DNA of 64,000 nt from Chrysomallon squamiferum (GCA_012295275.1 CM022678.1:9114001-9178000), one strand, 5' to 3'; shown: positions 43,701 through 57,955, counted from the first letter of the stretch. A program made the numbers and translations. The notes: generated by a model not told the origin, from the sequence alone.

Positions 43701-44167
43701 CTGTATAATTATTAAGACTGTTTGTTTATCTAGTTTATCTAGCTATAGCTTTGTTCTGTCACACATACAGACAATGACACAAGGACGGACGCATATTGAG
43801 AGAACCACGTACAAATACTAACACACAAATTATTTACACATCATTAAAACATTATTTCCAGGTTTGTACGCTCCTCTGAATGGAATTGTTGTTGTTAATG
43901 GGATTGTGGCTTCCAGCTTTGGAAATGTTGTCAGCTGATATTTCACACACAGATTCACGTTGTCTCCACTTCGATGGTTTCCTTGGATGTTCAGCATTGA
44001 AAACCTTTATAACAATCTTGTCAGCCATACTTCGTGGCTTATATACAGTTACCATAAACCATTACACGATATCAAGCAGTTCAGTCTTTCAAGAGTTTTG
44101 TACGTGACAGACATTGTTAGCGACTGAACAGATCAGAAAATGTATTATTATTATTATTATTATTATT

Positions 44168-44200
<33 letters not shown>

Positions 44201-44725
44201 GCTGTATTATAATAATAATTATTATTATAATATTATTATTATTATATTATTATTATTATCATTTTTGTTGTTGTTGTTATTTTTTATTTTTGCTGTTATT
44301 TTTTTATCTTTGCTTTTAAATTTTAAAGATAAAAAAATATTATTATTTTTGTTGTTGTTGTTATTCTTTAATTTTTGATATATATTTTTTTTTTATCTTG
44401 TGTTTTTAAATTTTCAAAAACACAAGATAAAAAATTCTTGAATATTTGTTAAATTTGTATTATGTGTATGTGTATCTGTGTATGTCTCTACACACAAAAC
44501 ACACACACACACACACAATTCATTTTATGTATGTGTATATTCTGTGTGTTTGTATTAGGTGCGTATTTGTATTTGTCAAGGTGACAGCAGTGAATTTGAT
44601 TCTTGAATCTTTTGTTAAATTTAATTTAAAACTACAACTAATTAATTTAATACGCGAACGCATTGAACATTCACTCAGTGACAGTTATAATAAACGAAAT
44701 AAGTTTTGTACTAAAGAGAAATGTG

Positions 44726-44780
<55 letters not shown>

Positions 44781-45328
44781 ATTATTGTTATTATTATTTT
44801 TATTATTATTATTGCTGTTGTTGCTGTTGTTAATTAATGAATTTGTGACCTTGAGCCTCTATTTGAACTCGGTAGAGAAAGGCAATTGTTGATTCTTTGT
44901 AATGCATAAGACTAAATGTTAATACTAAATATTTTGTGTATGAATTTAAACAATGTGCTAAGATTGATTTGGCGCTAACAAAATATAACTTTGTTTCTTG
45001 CATCTTCTATGGACAGTGAAACACTTTAATACTTTGAGAAAATGTATCACTGTCCAATTACGTCATACATTTTATATCTTCACGTGATTACTTTTTATCT
45101 GTTGTTATTTTATTTTATTTAGTAATCTATTTATTTTTGGATTAAAAGAATAAACTGAAGTAGTTCATTCCAAAAAACAGTGATGGAGAGAGGGAGAGAG
45201 GGAGACAAGTAGCTTAACGAATTTAAGATTTTTATTAGATTTCGGTTAATAAAAAATACAATATTAACACTGGGCTACGTAACTAACACTTTCCTCGATG
45301 ACCTTGAAGAGAATCTATTCGTTATTCT

Positions 45329-45528
45329 NNNNNNNNNNNNNNNNNNNNNNNNNNNNNNNNNNNNNNNNNNNNNNNNNNNNNNNNNNNNNNNNNNNNNNNN
45401 NNNNNNNNNNNNNNNNNNNNNNNNNNNNNNNNNNNNNNNNNNNNNNNNNNNNNNNNNNNNNNNNNNNNNNNNNNNNNNNNNNNNNNNNNNNNNNNNNNNN
45501 NNNNNNNNNNNNNNNNNNNNNNNNNNNN
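45329..45528. other. Assembly gap (200 N)
   Basis: Run of N of round length, typical of a scaffolding join. Confidence 0.99.
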
Positions 45529-45990
45529 TAACACAATTTCACATTCCAGACATATTTCAAACTTACAGAGAGAAAATACTGCTACCCACTGTTGCCGTTT
45601 AAACTTTCAAATCATAATCTTCCTATTGAAGCGGGAAGATGGAAAAATCACACCATTAGAAAATAGAATATGTCCACTGTGTAATAACTATGAAATCGGA
45701 AATGAGTTTCACTATATATTTACATATTTACATGTTTTTTTGTTTTGTTATCTTTTTTTAAGAATCAAAGTAACCGTTTTTCGGTCAAACTAAACCAAGT
45801 ATTTATAAGTTTTGTAAATTATTTAAGTCTGAAACAAGCTGGTGTTCTTAAAAAAAAAACGTTTCATTTTCTGTAATCTAATCATGAACCTTTTTTTCAA
45901 AACCGCATGTTGATTTATTGATATGTTGTATGTGTTTTATTATTATGTAGTCTACGGCCTGAGTGTAAGTAACGTTCAGTTCAGTTCAGT
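45529..45990 (+). mobile_element. LINE 3' end, duplicate of 11031-11480 (shorter copy at 51081-51238)
   Basis: NHNLPIEAGRWKN..LENRICPLCNNYEIGNEFHY, then a (TTCAG)n tail. Confidence 0.82.
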
Positions 45991-46329
45991 GTGCATTTGT
46001 GTTTGTGAAACGTGTCTGTGTGCGTACGTGACTCACTCTTTCATCGATGAATGAATCAATCAATCAGTGAATAAATAAATATATATATAGTAAAATATTT
46101 ATTACGAGATTGTTGTTGTTTTGCTCAGTTGTCTTCATTTCCGTATGCGTTATGCGTGTTTAGTGCGTACACGGATAGTACGAATGAATGTAGGCGTGTG
46201 TGTCTGTCTGTCTGTGTGTCTGAAATCAGTGTCTGTGTCTTCCGTTATCTGCCTTCCAGCTTGTCTCTTCATCTCCTGTCTTTCCTTTGGATCGTTTCAT
46301 TTTACAGAACCGTATTTTTGTAGTTTTTC

Positions 46330-46458
<129 letters not shown>

Positions 46459-47701
46459 TGTCTTCATTCTTATTTTCAAATTTGTATTCCTGTCTCTCCG
46501 TGTTTATAACCACCGCTACCACTGCTACAATTTATACTACAACTACTACTACTACTACAATACTACTTCTACTATTACTACTACTACTATTACCGCTACT
46601 ACTGCTACAATTTATACTACTACTACTCCTATACTACTTCTACTATTACTACTACTACTATTACCGCTACTACTGCTACAATTTATACTACTACTACTAC
46701 TATTACTACAACTACTACTACTCCTATACTACTTCTACTATTACTACTACAACTATTACTGCTGCCACTGACACAATTTATACTACCACTACTTCTACTA
46801 CTACTGCTCCTACTATTATTACTATTACTAACAATAATGCAAAAATAATGTAATAAAAATGTTTCAAGCCGTTTTTACCATAAACCATTACACGATACCA
46901 AGCAGTTCAGTCTTTCAAGAGTTTTGTACTTTTCAGACATTGTCAGCGACTGAACAGATGAGCAAACTTATTACTGTTATTATTATTATTATTGTTATTA
47001 TTATTGTTGCTGTTGTTATTATAATAATAATAATAATTTATTATTATTATCGCTGTTATTATTTTTACTATTGCTTTTGTTATTATATTATTATTTTTGT
47101 TGTTGTTATTATTATTATTAAAAGGTCAAATATTAAATCAGTCTTTGTGTTGAAAAATACAAAAATGTGTTTTAACTGAAATGTTACATTGTCACTAATA
47201 TTAATACTAATAATACTACTACTAATAAAAATAAAAATAATTACAGACTGTAAAATTATCAGCTGAAAAGATAAAACGGATAAAACATACTCGTATTTTA
47301 TTTTCTGAGTGTTTAGCATGGGTTACACTGGTAAATAATTTTAGAAACAAAACGTTTCCCTCTGTATCATTTTGCAGCTGTGTTTTTCTTATTAGTGTTA
47401 TGTGCAGTCGTCATAGCAGTCGTAGTAGTAGTAGTAATAGTAGTAGTAGTAGTAATAGTAGTAGTAGTAGTATTGGTAATAAACAGCAAAAATAGCATTC
47501 GTAATATTGGTACAAGTAGTAGTAGTAGCAGTTGTAGTAATAGTATTAGTGGCTGTAATAGCAATGGTGGTTACAGTAGCAGTAGTTGTGGTGGGTATTG
47601 GAAACAACAGTCGTTGTGGTAGTCATAATGTTATTGGGGTGATCGTTATCGTAGTGTTCTAGTAGATGCAATATTGGTGGTTATGTTACTAATAATGCTT
47701 C

Positions 47702-47732
<31 letters not shown>

Positions 47733-47734
47733 CA

Positions 47735-47768
<34 letters not shown>

Positions 47769-49015
47769 CATTGAGACACGCACATACTCGCATACACAGA
47801 GAGAGGTGTGTACCCCATAAACACATACAATGATGTATATACAAATTATACATCGCTCACACATAAAAACACAGGTTTTGTTTGAAAGAGCTGCTTTTTC
47901 TCAAAGTATTAACGTGTTTCACTGTGCATTAAAGATGTAAGAAACAAAGTCATATTTTGTTAGCGTCAAATCAGTCTTAGCACATTGTGTAAGTTCATTG
48001 ACGAAAGATTTCATCAATGTGAATGACGCGGTATTTAGTGTTAACATTTAGTATCATGTGTGTGTGTCTATGTAAGTGTATTTTGTACGTGTTTTATCTA
48101 CATTATGTGTATCTTTGTGTGTGCATCAAAATAAGTATACTTTTGACTTTTATCTACTTTATGTGTATCAGTGTGTGTGTATTTATATAAGTATACTTTT
48201 CACTTTATTTACTTTATGTGTATCACCCTGTGTGTATTTATATAAGTATACTTCGTGCGTGATTTCACTTTTATTTACTTTATATGTATCAGTGTGTGTT
48301 TATATATGTGAGCAATCTTTGTGCGTGCTTTGTATGTTTTCCTCCATACTATGTGTTTGATAGTGTGTATATCTATATCAGTATATTTTGTATGTGTATT
48401 TATCATTCTCTCTGTTGTATGTGTAATACTAGTTTTATCTATTTAAGTACACATTGTGTGTGTTTTATATGTTCATTTTATGTTTGTGTCTGTTTGTTTC
48501 TATATAAGTAAACTTTGTGCATGTTTTGTGTGCTTTCTTCTGTATTCGTATCACCGTGTGTATATCTATATAAGTTAAACTTTGTGCATGTTTTGTATGT
48601 TTTCTTCTGTATTCTTCTGTATTCTATAGAAGTATACATTTTGTGTCTACATATCTATTACGTATACAGCTCTGTGTATCTATCTAGGAATTTCTTGTTT
48701 TTTTCCTTTTTATGTTTTTTTTTGTTGTTGTTTTTTTTCCTTTTTATGTTTTTTTTTTTTTTTTGTTGTTTGTTTTTTATCTGTTTTGTCCTACATGATA
48801 TCTGTATTGCTGTCTATATCAACAATGCCATTAATAATAATAATAACGATAATAATAATAATAGTAGTAGTAGCAGTAGTAGAAGTAGTAGTAGTAATAG
48901 TAGTAGTAAAAATAATAACAATAATAATAATAATAATAATCATAGTTATAATAATAATAATAACAACAACAAGAAGAAGAAGAAGAAAAGCAAACATTAA
49001 AACACTAGTTTAATA

Positions 49016-49061
<46 letters not shown>

Positions 49062-50082
49062 CCAGCTTCTATCTATGTATGAACATATTTGTGTGTTAAT
49101 GTTGCTATAGATATATTTGTGTATATGTATTTATAAAGGAATCAATTTTCTCTCCATTTTCATATGAATTCAGTCTGATTCCAGTTATTGTTTGCATTGC
49201 ATTTAGATATATATAATATATATACATTTCACTTAATTTCATTTAATATTCATTATTATTTACAACCAATAATTTTGAAATTTATGTTACATATTTTTGT
49301 AATCATTTAACAAATCATATTTAAAAAAATAATAATAATTGCTTGTGTCAAATATAATTATCTATACGCCTGTAATATTATGCATAATTCTGTTTCTTTT
49401 CTTTTTGTAATTTTTGTTTCACGATTTCTTGTATTTGCTTTTTACACTTGAATATTGGCTGTGATGCTGATAGCCTTACCTTGTTGCTGTAAACAGGCAG
49501 GTATCTGTATATAAAAATCTCAAAGCGTGTTTCAAATTTGTTGTGTTTTTATTTTTTATTTTTTATTTTTTTATTTTTTGTTACCTCACTGTTAACTAAA
49601 CTGTGAGGATTGAAAAAGTTCTTCATAACAAGCTACATTCAAATAACACTTAAGCCAAGTAGTAGTAGTAGCAGTAGTAGTAGCAGTAGTAGTAGTAGTA
49701 GTGGTAGTAGTAGTGGTAGTAGTAGTAATCATATTAATAATAATAGTTATAATAATTATAATAATAATATTAGCAATAAGACGAAGGAGAAGAAGAAGAA
49801 AAGCAAATATTAAAACAGTAGTTTAATGCACGTGTGTGTGTGTGTGTGTGTGCGCGCGGCCGCTTCTATCTGTATGAACATATTTGTGTGTTAATGTTGC
49901 TATAGATATATTTGTGTTTATTTATATAGGAACCAATATTCTGTTTTACGTTTAGAATGCACAATGAGAATAATCTATGTGTGTGTTTGTATATGAGGGT
50001 ATTTATGTCAGTACGTATGTGTTTGTCTGTGTAGATAAAATTATTACAGTTAATGTTCATATTCGTGCTGTTAACAGACAAG

Positions 50083-50411
50083 TAAACACACACCTAAACA
50101 AACTCTTAAACAACAATTTAATAAGTAAATAACAACACATCATACACGTGTAAAACTCTTAACACACTAGTAAACACACACCTAAACAAACTCTAAGACA
50201 ACAATTTAATAAGTAAATAACAACACATCATACACGTGTAAAACTCTTAACACACACCTAAACAAACTCTTAAACAACAATTTAATAAGTAAATAACAAC
50301 ACATCATACACGTGTAAAACTTAACACACTGGTAAACACACATCTAAACAAACTCTAAGACAACAATTTAATAAGTAAATAACACATCATACATGTGTAA
50401 AACTCTTAACA
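50083..50411. repeat. About 87-bp minisatellite, about 4 copies
   Basis: Unit TAAACACACACCTAAACAAACTCTTAAACAACAATTTAATAAGTAAATAACAACACATCATACACGTGTAAAACTCTTAACACACTAG. Confidence 0.93.
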
Positions 50412-50676
50412 GTTAAAACAGGTAGGCAGGGGGGATTTTCACGGGGGGAAATGACCTATGGGGAAACGATGAGGGGAATGATCGGGGGAATATCCGTGGG
50501 GAATGTCCGGACACCCTTCTAAACAGTGTTGATACCACAAGCTACTCAGTGGTAAATAATACTGATACATGCAATCCCAAAGAAAAAGTAATTCCTTAGC
50601 TTCTACTTAAGGTTTTTGAAGCGGCCAAACATCGCTTAAATTTGAGAATAATGAAAAAGAATAAACTTCTCTTATT

Positions 50677-50955
50677 TTGTTTGTTTATCAACAAACTAAA
50701 CTGTTAGAGCAGCGTGTTGTTCCAAAGGTCATGTCAACAAACTGCAGTCGTCATCCAAATATCTGGCTGTTTCTGGATGTTGTGAAAAACAGAACAATCC
50801 ATCAACACTGTAACCCTGCACCAGATACTTGCCAGAGAAGCCCCACCCCACAGCGTCACGTCTACAGAGACACCACCCAGCGGCTTCAGACTCTGGTCAC
50901 AGAATACGGCAACAGAGATCGCCTGGATTATTTTGTAATTATACGTATTCAATAA
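50677..50955 (+). mobile_element. MULE transposase C-terminal fragment, inverted duplicate of 11819-12095
   Basis: HPNIWLFLDVVK...YRDTTQRLQTLVTEYGNRDRLDY. Confidence 0.68.
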
Positions 50956-51240
50956 AATATTTGTGTGTTTACAGACTTTCACTGGAAATACATAACAATA
51001 ACAGCAGATATGTATTCTTTCCTGTCTACACACATTTTTAATTATACTGTTTCGATTTTGCTTCACTGCATAACAGTTCAATAGAATATGTCCATTGTGT
51101 AATAACTATGACATCGGAAATAAGTTTCACTATATATTTACATGTAAGTTTGTTTGTTTTTGTTTTGTTTTATTCTTAAGAATAGAAGTAACCGTTTTTC
51201 GGTCAATCTAAACCAAGTATTTATAAGTTTTCTAAATTAT

Positions 51241-51442
51241 GTGTGTGAATGTGTGTGAGGATGTGGTGTGTGTGTGTTTGTATGTATCTGTGTATGTGTG
51301 CGTGTGTGTCTGTATGTGTGAGTGTATGTGTGTATGTGTGTGTGTGTGTGTGTGTGTATGTGGTATGTGTTTATGTATGTGAGTGTGTGTGTTTGTGTAT
51401 ATCTGTGTGTGTGTGTGTGTGTGTATGTTTGTTTGTGTGTGT

Positions 51443-51501
<59 letters not shown>

Positions 51502-51871
51502 TGTGTGTGTGTCTGTGAGTATGTCTGTTTATGTGGTGTGTGTGTATGTGTGTGTGTATGTGTGTGTGTGTTGTATGTGTGTGTGTGATTGTGTGTGTGT
51601 GTGTGTGTGTCTGTATGTGTGTGTGTGTGTGTGTATGTGTGTCTGTATGTGTGTGTGTGTCTGTGTATGTGTGTGTATGTGTGTTTATATGTGTTTGCAT
51701 ATGACTGTATATGTGTGTGAATGTGTGTATATGTGGTGTGTGTTTGTGTGTGTGTTTGTGTTTGTAAGTGTGTGTGTGTGTGTATGTGTGTGTGGACTGT
51801 GTATGTCTGTGTATGTATGTGTGTATGTGTGTATGTTGTGTGTGTGTGTGTATGTATGTGTATGTATGTGT

Positions 51872-51963
<92 letters not shown>

Positions 51964-51989
51964 ATATGTGTGTTTGTTTGTTTGTGTAT

Positions 51990-52064
<75 letters not shown>

Positions 52065-52108
52065 TGTATATATGTTTATGTATATGTTTGTATGTCTGTA
52101 TGTATGTA

Positions 52109-52145
<37 letters not shown>

Positions 52146-52220
52146 GTATGTATGTATGTGTCTGTGTTTGTATGTGTATGGATATATTTGTGTGTATGTA
52201 TGTATGTGTTTGTATGTGTG
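51241..52220. repeat. Degenerate (TG)n microsatellite, about 1 kb
   Basis: Directly visible; inverted counterpart of the (CA)n tract 3' of copy 1. Confidence 0.97.
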
Positions 52221-52799
52221 TCTCTTGCTTCTTCTTTCCTTTTATTTTTGTATTTCTTTCTTTGGATTAAAAAAATAAATAAATAAGAAAGTAAACTTAA
52301 CTTCATGTCTAAGAGAGAAATTTATAAAATATGTCAAGCAGAATAAAAATGTAAAAGTTGAAGACTTTTTTCCCACACGTGGGCCGACGGCGCGCACGTT
52401 TTGCACGTGTTGAAACATTTCTCCCGACCCGCGGGGAAAGTGTCACAGAGATTTTTCACATGTTGAAAATGCTAGGATCTCCAAAACAATAATCTGTATT
52501 AGCTGTTAATAATAAATTTATAATAAATCTCAACAGTGAACTGCTTTGTTCTACACTGATATTATACACATTAATTATATTATACAGACAGACATACATA
52601 CAGACATACAGTTAGGTGAATACATAGGTAGCTGTACAGACAAAGAGATCACGAAACAATGTAAAACAGTTTTAAAATTTAAATGAAATAAAGACAGAAC
52701 AATTTTTTTTATTATATAAATATTTTATTACAGTTTTCATTGTACAAGTATAAATTAAATATTCCAACATTATTTGAAATAAACTATAGTTTAGATGTA

Positions 52800-52834
<35 letters not shown>

Positions 52835-53107
52835 TGACAAAACTTGGTGAAAATTTCAAAAGTAAATCAGAGTCTGTTTTAAAGTGAAATCTATTTTGTA
52901 ATTTAGCAAGGTTAAACGATAAAGTAATTCATAATAAATAAATAACATATTTAAAAATAAAAATAAAGAAAGTAAACAAATTAACTAAATTAATTACCTT
53001 ACAGTAAATAAATAACTGATTTTTTGTTTATTTACAAGAAAGAAATGTCTGTGGACTTTCAACTTCAAAACAGTTCAGTGAAACTAACTTAGCAGACAGT
53101 TTGAAGT

Positions 53108-55108
53108 TTACTTTTTACACCACGTAAATATTTTTATTTCACTGTTCAACTCTGTCACGTAGAGTTTGTTGTCATCACAACAGACACACACAGGTTCTGG
53201 ACAGTCCATCCTGGTCAGTGAGGATGTCACGTGTAAAGTTACCATCTCGAGACAGCTGAACAACACAATTTCTATTTCTACTACAAACAAAAATATTTCC
53301 CTCCCTGTCACATGTAACACCTGTCAAGTCTCTCAGTTTGTCTGAATCACGTGACTTCCATTTGACGTCACCTGATGACGTCACACAAAATAAACTATTT
53401 TCTATCAGTGACACAACAATCAGACATTGATCTTGAACTGTGAGTCTGCCCGGTCTGGGGATCAAATCTGTTGAGATAGAATTAATGAGCTGACCACTGT
53501 CTGTCAGTATGTCAAACCACCGATTAAACAACCCCCCACCAGTGACCGCGAGACGGTTGCCAGGTAACACAGAGATAAACTGATACTCTTTACCTGTTGT
53601 AATTTTTTTTATCAGTTTGAAGTTTTCCAAATTTAAAAACAATATTTTATTTTCATCTGGCAGAGCAACGACAACAACAACATCACCCTGCTGACCACGT
53701 GACTCAGCAAGACCGCATGGACCAGTGGAAGTCACGTGTTTGTTTATCAGTGATTTTCTTTCTAAACAAAAACATTTTACACATTCATTGTCAAAATCAC
53801 TAACAACAATTTTACTCTTGTCCTCACCTGACACCAGCATGGAATACACAAAAGGATCTGTTTCATCTTCTTGTGTTTTTGTGTTAATGGTGTCTGTGTG
53901 TTTGAGTGTGTCTGTCTGTTTGTCTATCTGTGTGTCTCTGTGTTGTGTTTTTGTGTTAATGGTGTCTGTGTGTTTGAGTGTGTCTGTCTGTTTGTCTATC
54001 TGTGTGTCTGTTTCGATGTTTGTGATTATTTCACCGATGTGTACAGACATTTCTTTCTTTTTGTCAGATTTTCTCAGATTTATTTTGAATTCTGCTTTTT
54101 CTATTTGTGAAAGAGATTTTGTCAGAAACTCGGAAGTTGTGTTTTGAAGTTTGGTGAATTTTGGAAGATTTGTTTTTATGTCTGACTCTGATTTTTCTTT
54201 TAACAAATTTTCACCAAGTTTTATAAACTTTTCATTTTCATCAATCAGATGTTTGTGTTCACTAAACAATTTTTCTATTTCTGAGTTTACAAAGTTCTGA
54301 GATTTTTCTATTTCTCTTATTAGCCTGTCTTGTTCTTTGTGGACTGCGGCTGTGAAATCTGTTATTAGTGTGTTACCAATCCTTCTGACCTCTTCTGTGG
54401 TGTCCACGACGTTGATGTCGACGGCTTGGCGAAGTTGCTCAATCTTGTCATCCATCTCTGTCTGAAGAATTTCTTTGTAGGATTTGAGACTCTCAGAAAC
54501 AGAACTCAGAATTGAAATGTGGCCTCCCTTTTTAGCTGAAATAAATAAAGAAATAAGTAAAGAGATAAATAAAGAACTAATAATAATAATAGAATTACTA
54601 CTATTGATAAAGACATACATACAATGTGAAGAGTTATAGAATTTATTTTATCAGCCAAATGTAAAATCAGAGTAGAAAAATGTTATAAATAAAATGTCCT
54701 CTATTTCTTTCTGCTACGATAGTTAATACACAACAAATATTTTTATTTAAAGGATCAGTATATTTTTTAATATATATTTTTTTAAATTATTGTTGAATCA
54801 AAACACGACACTGCTGACTCACAACACGTTAAATGTTCTATTTTGTTAATGGCGTCCACCAGTGACTTGTTTATAGAGAACTGAGCTGCCCATGTTTCCA
54901 CTGGTTTCGTGCTATCTGGAATGTGGACATTCTGCCTGCAGAACGGGCAGCTTATTTCTGTGTCGTTGTTGTCGTAATTTGTGCTGATGTAATTCTGCAG
55001 GCATTTGCAACAAAACGAATGTCCGCAATAAAGAGTTCTTGGTTTGTCGAAAACGTCCAAACAGAGCGAGCACGAAATACTGTCATCCGAGTTTGAAGCT
55101 GTTGCCAT
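53108..55108 (-). CDS. TRIM-like RING / coiled-coil / NHL-type beta-propeller E3 ligase without B-box, copy 3 (nearly intact, about 570 aa if one +1 shift is repaired)
   Basis: ATG at 55108 (minus). RING exon 55108-54823; intron 54822-54536 with GT..AG; exon 54535-53108 is open through coiled coil, linker and five blades (ORF 53175..54620). A single +1 insertion near 53198 (TCC AGAA CCT vs TCC GAA CCT in copy 2) shifts the last blade. Confidence 0.9.
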
Positions 55109-55113
55109 ATCTG

Positions 55114-55180
<67 letters not shown>

Positions 55181-55267
55181 CAACAACAACAACAAAAACA
55201 CCTGGGAAGACTAAGTGAAAATATAGAGAAAGAAAAATGTAACTAAGTAATAATAATTACAATAATG

Positions 55268-55308
<41 letters not shown>

Positions 55309-55431
55309 TGAAAACAATTGACTGGAGGTACGACGAATGGTATGATAAATATATAAACTGCGAATGTAAATACAGTATTAAAAAACTGTTTATTTAGTCT
55401 TATTTGTAAAATAATTGCTAAATTTAACCTT

Positions 55432-55441
55432 GTGACGTCAC
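55432..55441. promoter_or_regulatory. Palindromic CRE/ATF site upstream of the copy 3 ATG
   Basis: GTGACGTCAC, homologous to 1430-1439. Confidence 0.45.
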
Positions 55442-56606
55442 TCTTAATTCGAGAAGGAAGACGACAGTCTGTTGTAAATTGTGGGCGACAATACTAATAT
55501 AATAAACGAAGTCGGCTGTAATAAATTGTATGAAGCAAAGAAAAAAACAGCAACAAACTAAACATATGTGAGTATCCATGAATGTTACAAGTTAATTTAA
55601 TACACCACTAGAAAAGAAATCGTTTCTCGCAATGTGACGACCTACTTTTCTTGAAAATCACATACCACGCACGATACAGTAATCGTGGAATTGACTTTGA
55701 AAATAATATTTTAAAATATCTTAGAACACGAATAATAATAATAATAATACATTTGACTTACTTAGTCTTGAGAAATGAAAATTTTAGCAGCTGAAAATAA
55801 TGTATCCGCTTGTTCGACTGCAAGGTCAATTTACTCTTGCATTAGCGCAGCCCGATTTTGTCAGACGACACTTACTGAGCGGAAGATACCATATCGTGTA
55901 AAAACAAAGGGGTAGAAGCTTTGAAGTTTTCTATAAAACATTTGTTTCTTCTGACAAAAAATAATCGTAACATTTTTAAATTATTGTAGTTAAGTAAACA
56001 GGATTAAAATTAACAACTACCTTAACATAGTTTGTGTACTGAATTAATTTATAAAATGCTGGTTAGAGTCTATCACACATGTTGTAATAATGGACACAGC
56101 GGCCAGCTTGAAGTGGGACAGAGAAAGATAATACATTTAGCCGCCAAAATTGTATCGTGTTTAAGCTTGAAAAGTTAACTGTCGGTATCAGGTCTTTTCG
56201 TAAGATATATAAATAAACTTTAATAATGAAAAACAGCATACAAGGTGAATATATGATTTCAGTCACGTATAAACAATAGTAACAAAATAATAATAAATAT
56301 ATATATATATATATATATATATCTCTTCTCTGTATTAAATAGCTTTATTTCATTTTATTATATATATATAAATGGTTTTAATCTAATTAATTAAATATAT
56401 ATGTTATAGAACATATTTCATTAATTGACTAATCTAAACATACTATTTGTTTCTATGAGTTCATGAATGTTTGACAATGTCAGGTTCATTCAGTGGACAC
56501 AAGAGATATGAATACAAATAAAACACTGTCACAAATATACGCAAACTACAAGCATAATTGTAATTAAATTTAATAAATTTTATTATTTTTATAAGTGTAA
56601 TTAATC

Positions 56607-56685
<79 letters not shown>

Positions 56686-57955
56686 ATACACGTGCATATA
56701 CGTGTGTGTGTGTGTGTGAAAGAAATATGACTGAGTAAAATTATTATTTTCTGTCATTATAATTAAATTGATTTGCCGATATTAATTATTATATGAAATG
56801 TGATGATTATGTGCAGCTGATTCGCTTTCTGTTTATCTACAGCTTAGTTAATAAATTTACAAAAATAAACGTAATTTATTTTAACATATGTTGCCGCTAC
56901 TTTCTGTTTTTAGTTACAAACACATTATGTTTTGTTTTATATCTATCTATCGATATATATATATATTTGTCATTTCGATCTTTTGTTTCCTGGGGAAAAT
57001 TTATACACACACATAATATATACATAAAATATAAAACTGTTCAATGACGTTTGAGCGACTACATGCTACGCCTAGCAATTTCTGTGGTTGGCAGATTAAG
57101 TGATGTACCGTTAGCATTTTCTGTTTTAAAGGTGATAGGAAAATGATAAAAAAAAATGTATACATAAAGAAAATAATGTATTTTATTTCAATTTCTTTAG
57201 GCTATAAATACTCGAACATTCGGAACTCATGCCCAGTTTTCTAAATTAATTTAGTTTAATTAATTTCTTCTAAAAATTCCCAGATACTTTCGGTTTAAAT
57301 CGCTAATTAAACACTTAAAGACTACAATCGCTCTATTGTCAATCGCTCAAACTGACAATCGCTATGTATGAATCGCTCAAAATGTAGTCACTGAAGATCT
57401 CGACACTTAAAATAAAATGAACAATGAAAACTAAAAAAGCTGACAGTATTTTCAAAAGACATTAGTAAAATTTTAAGGGCATTTTCTCGCAGTTTTATTT
57501 TTCTGATAGATGAATAGTTGGTTTCGGGTCTGTACTAAATGTTTAATATGTGTTTTTAATTCATGCGGAATTTTTTTTAAGATAATGATACTGTCGCTAC
57601 GCTCGCTTCTGCTTAGGATACAACTTTAGGGTACAACATAATGGAAACCCGAAATGTCACCAAAATGGCGCCCGGTAAATTGCAAGAGGATCGCAAAATC
57701 GTGATTTATCATCTTGCTTGCCGCCATTTTTTCTGCGTCTTGTAATTATATATATATATAATAAATTCCCTCATTCATGCATGGAAATAAAGAGTATATG
57801 TTCAGATTTGGCAACTAATGTAATATACTATAATATACTGAATTAATTAGTTTAAAAACCATATATGTGTGTGGGGGGGTTTGTGCGTGTGTGTGTGTGT
57901 GTGTGTATGTGTTTTGACAATACTAAACAAAGGTATCTAATACTGAGAGGAAAAA

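Noticed and set aside
45298-45560. ORFs containing X runs
   Set aside because: Artefacts of the N gap.
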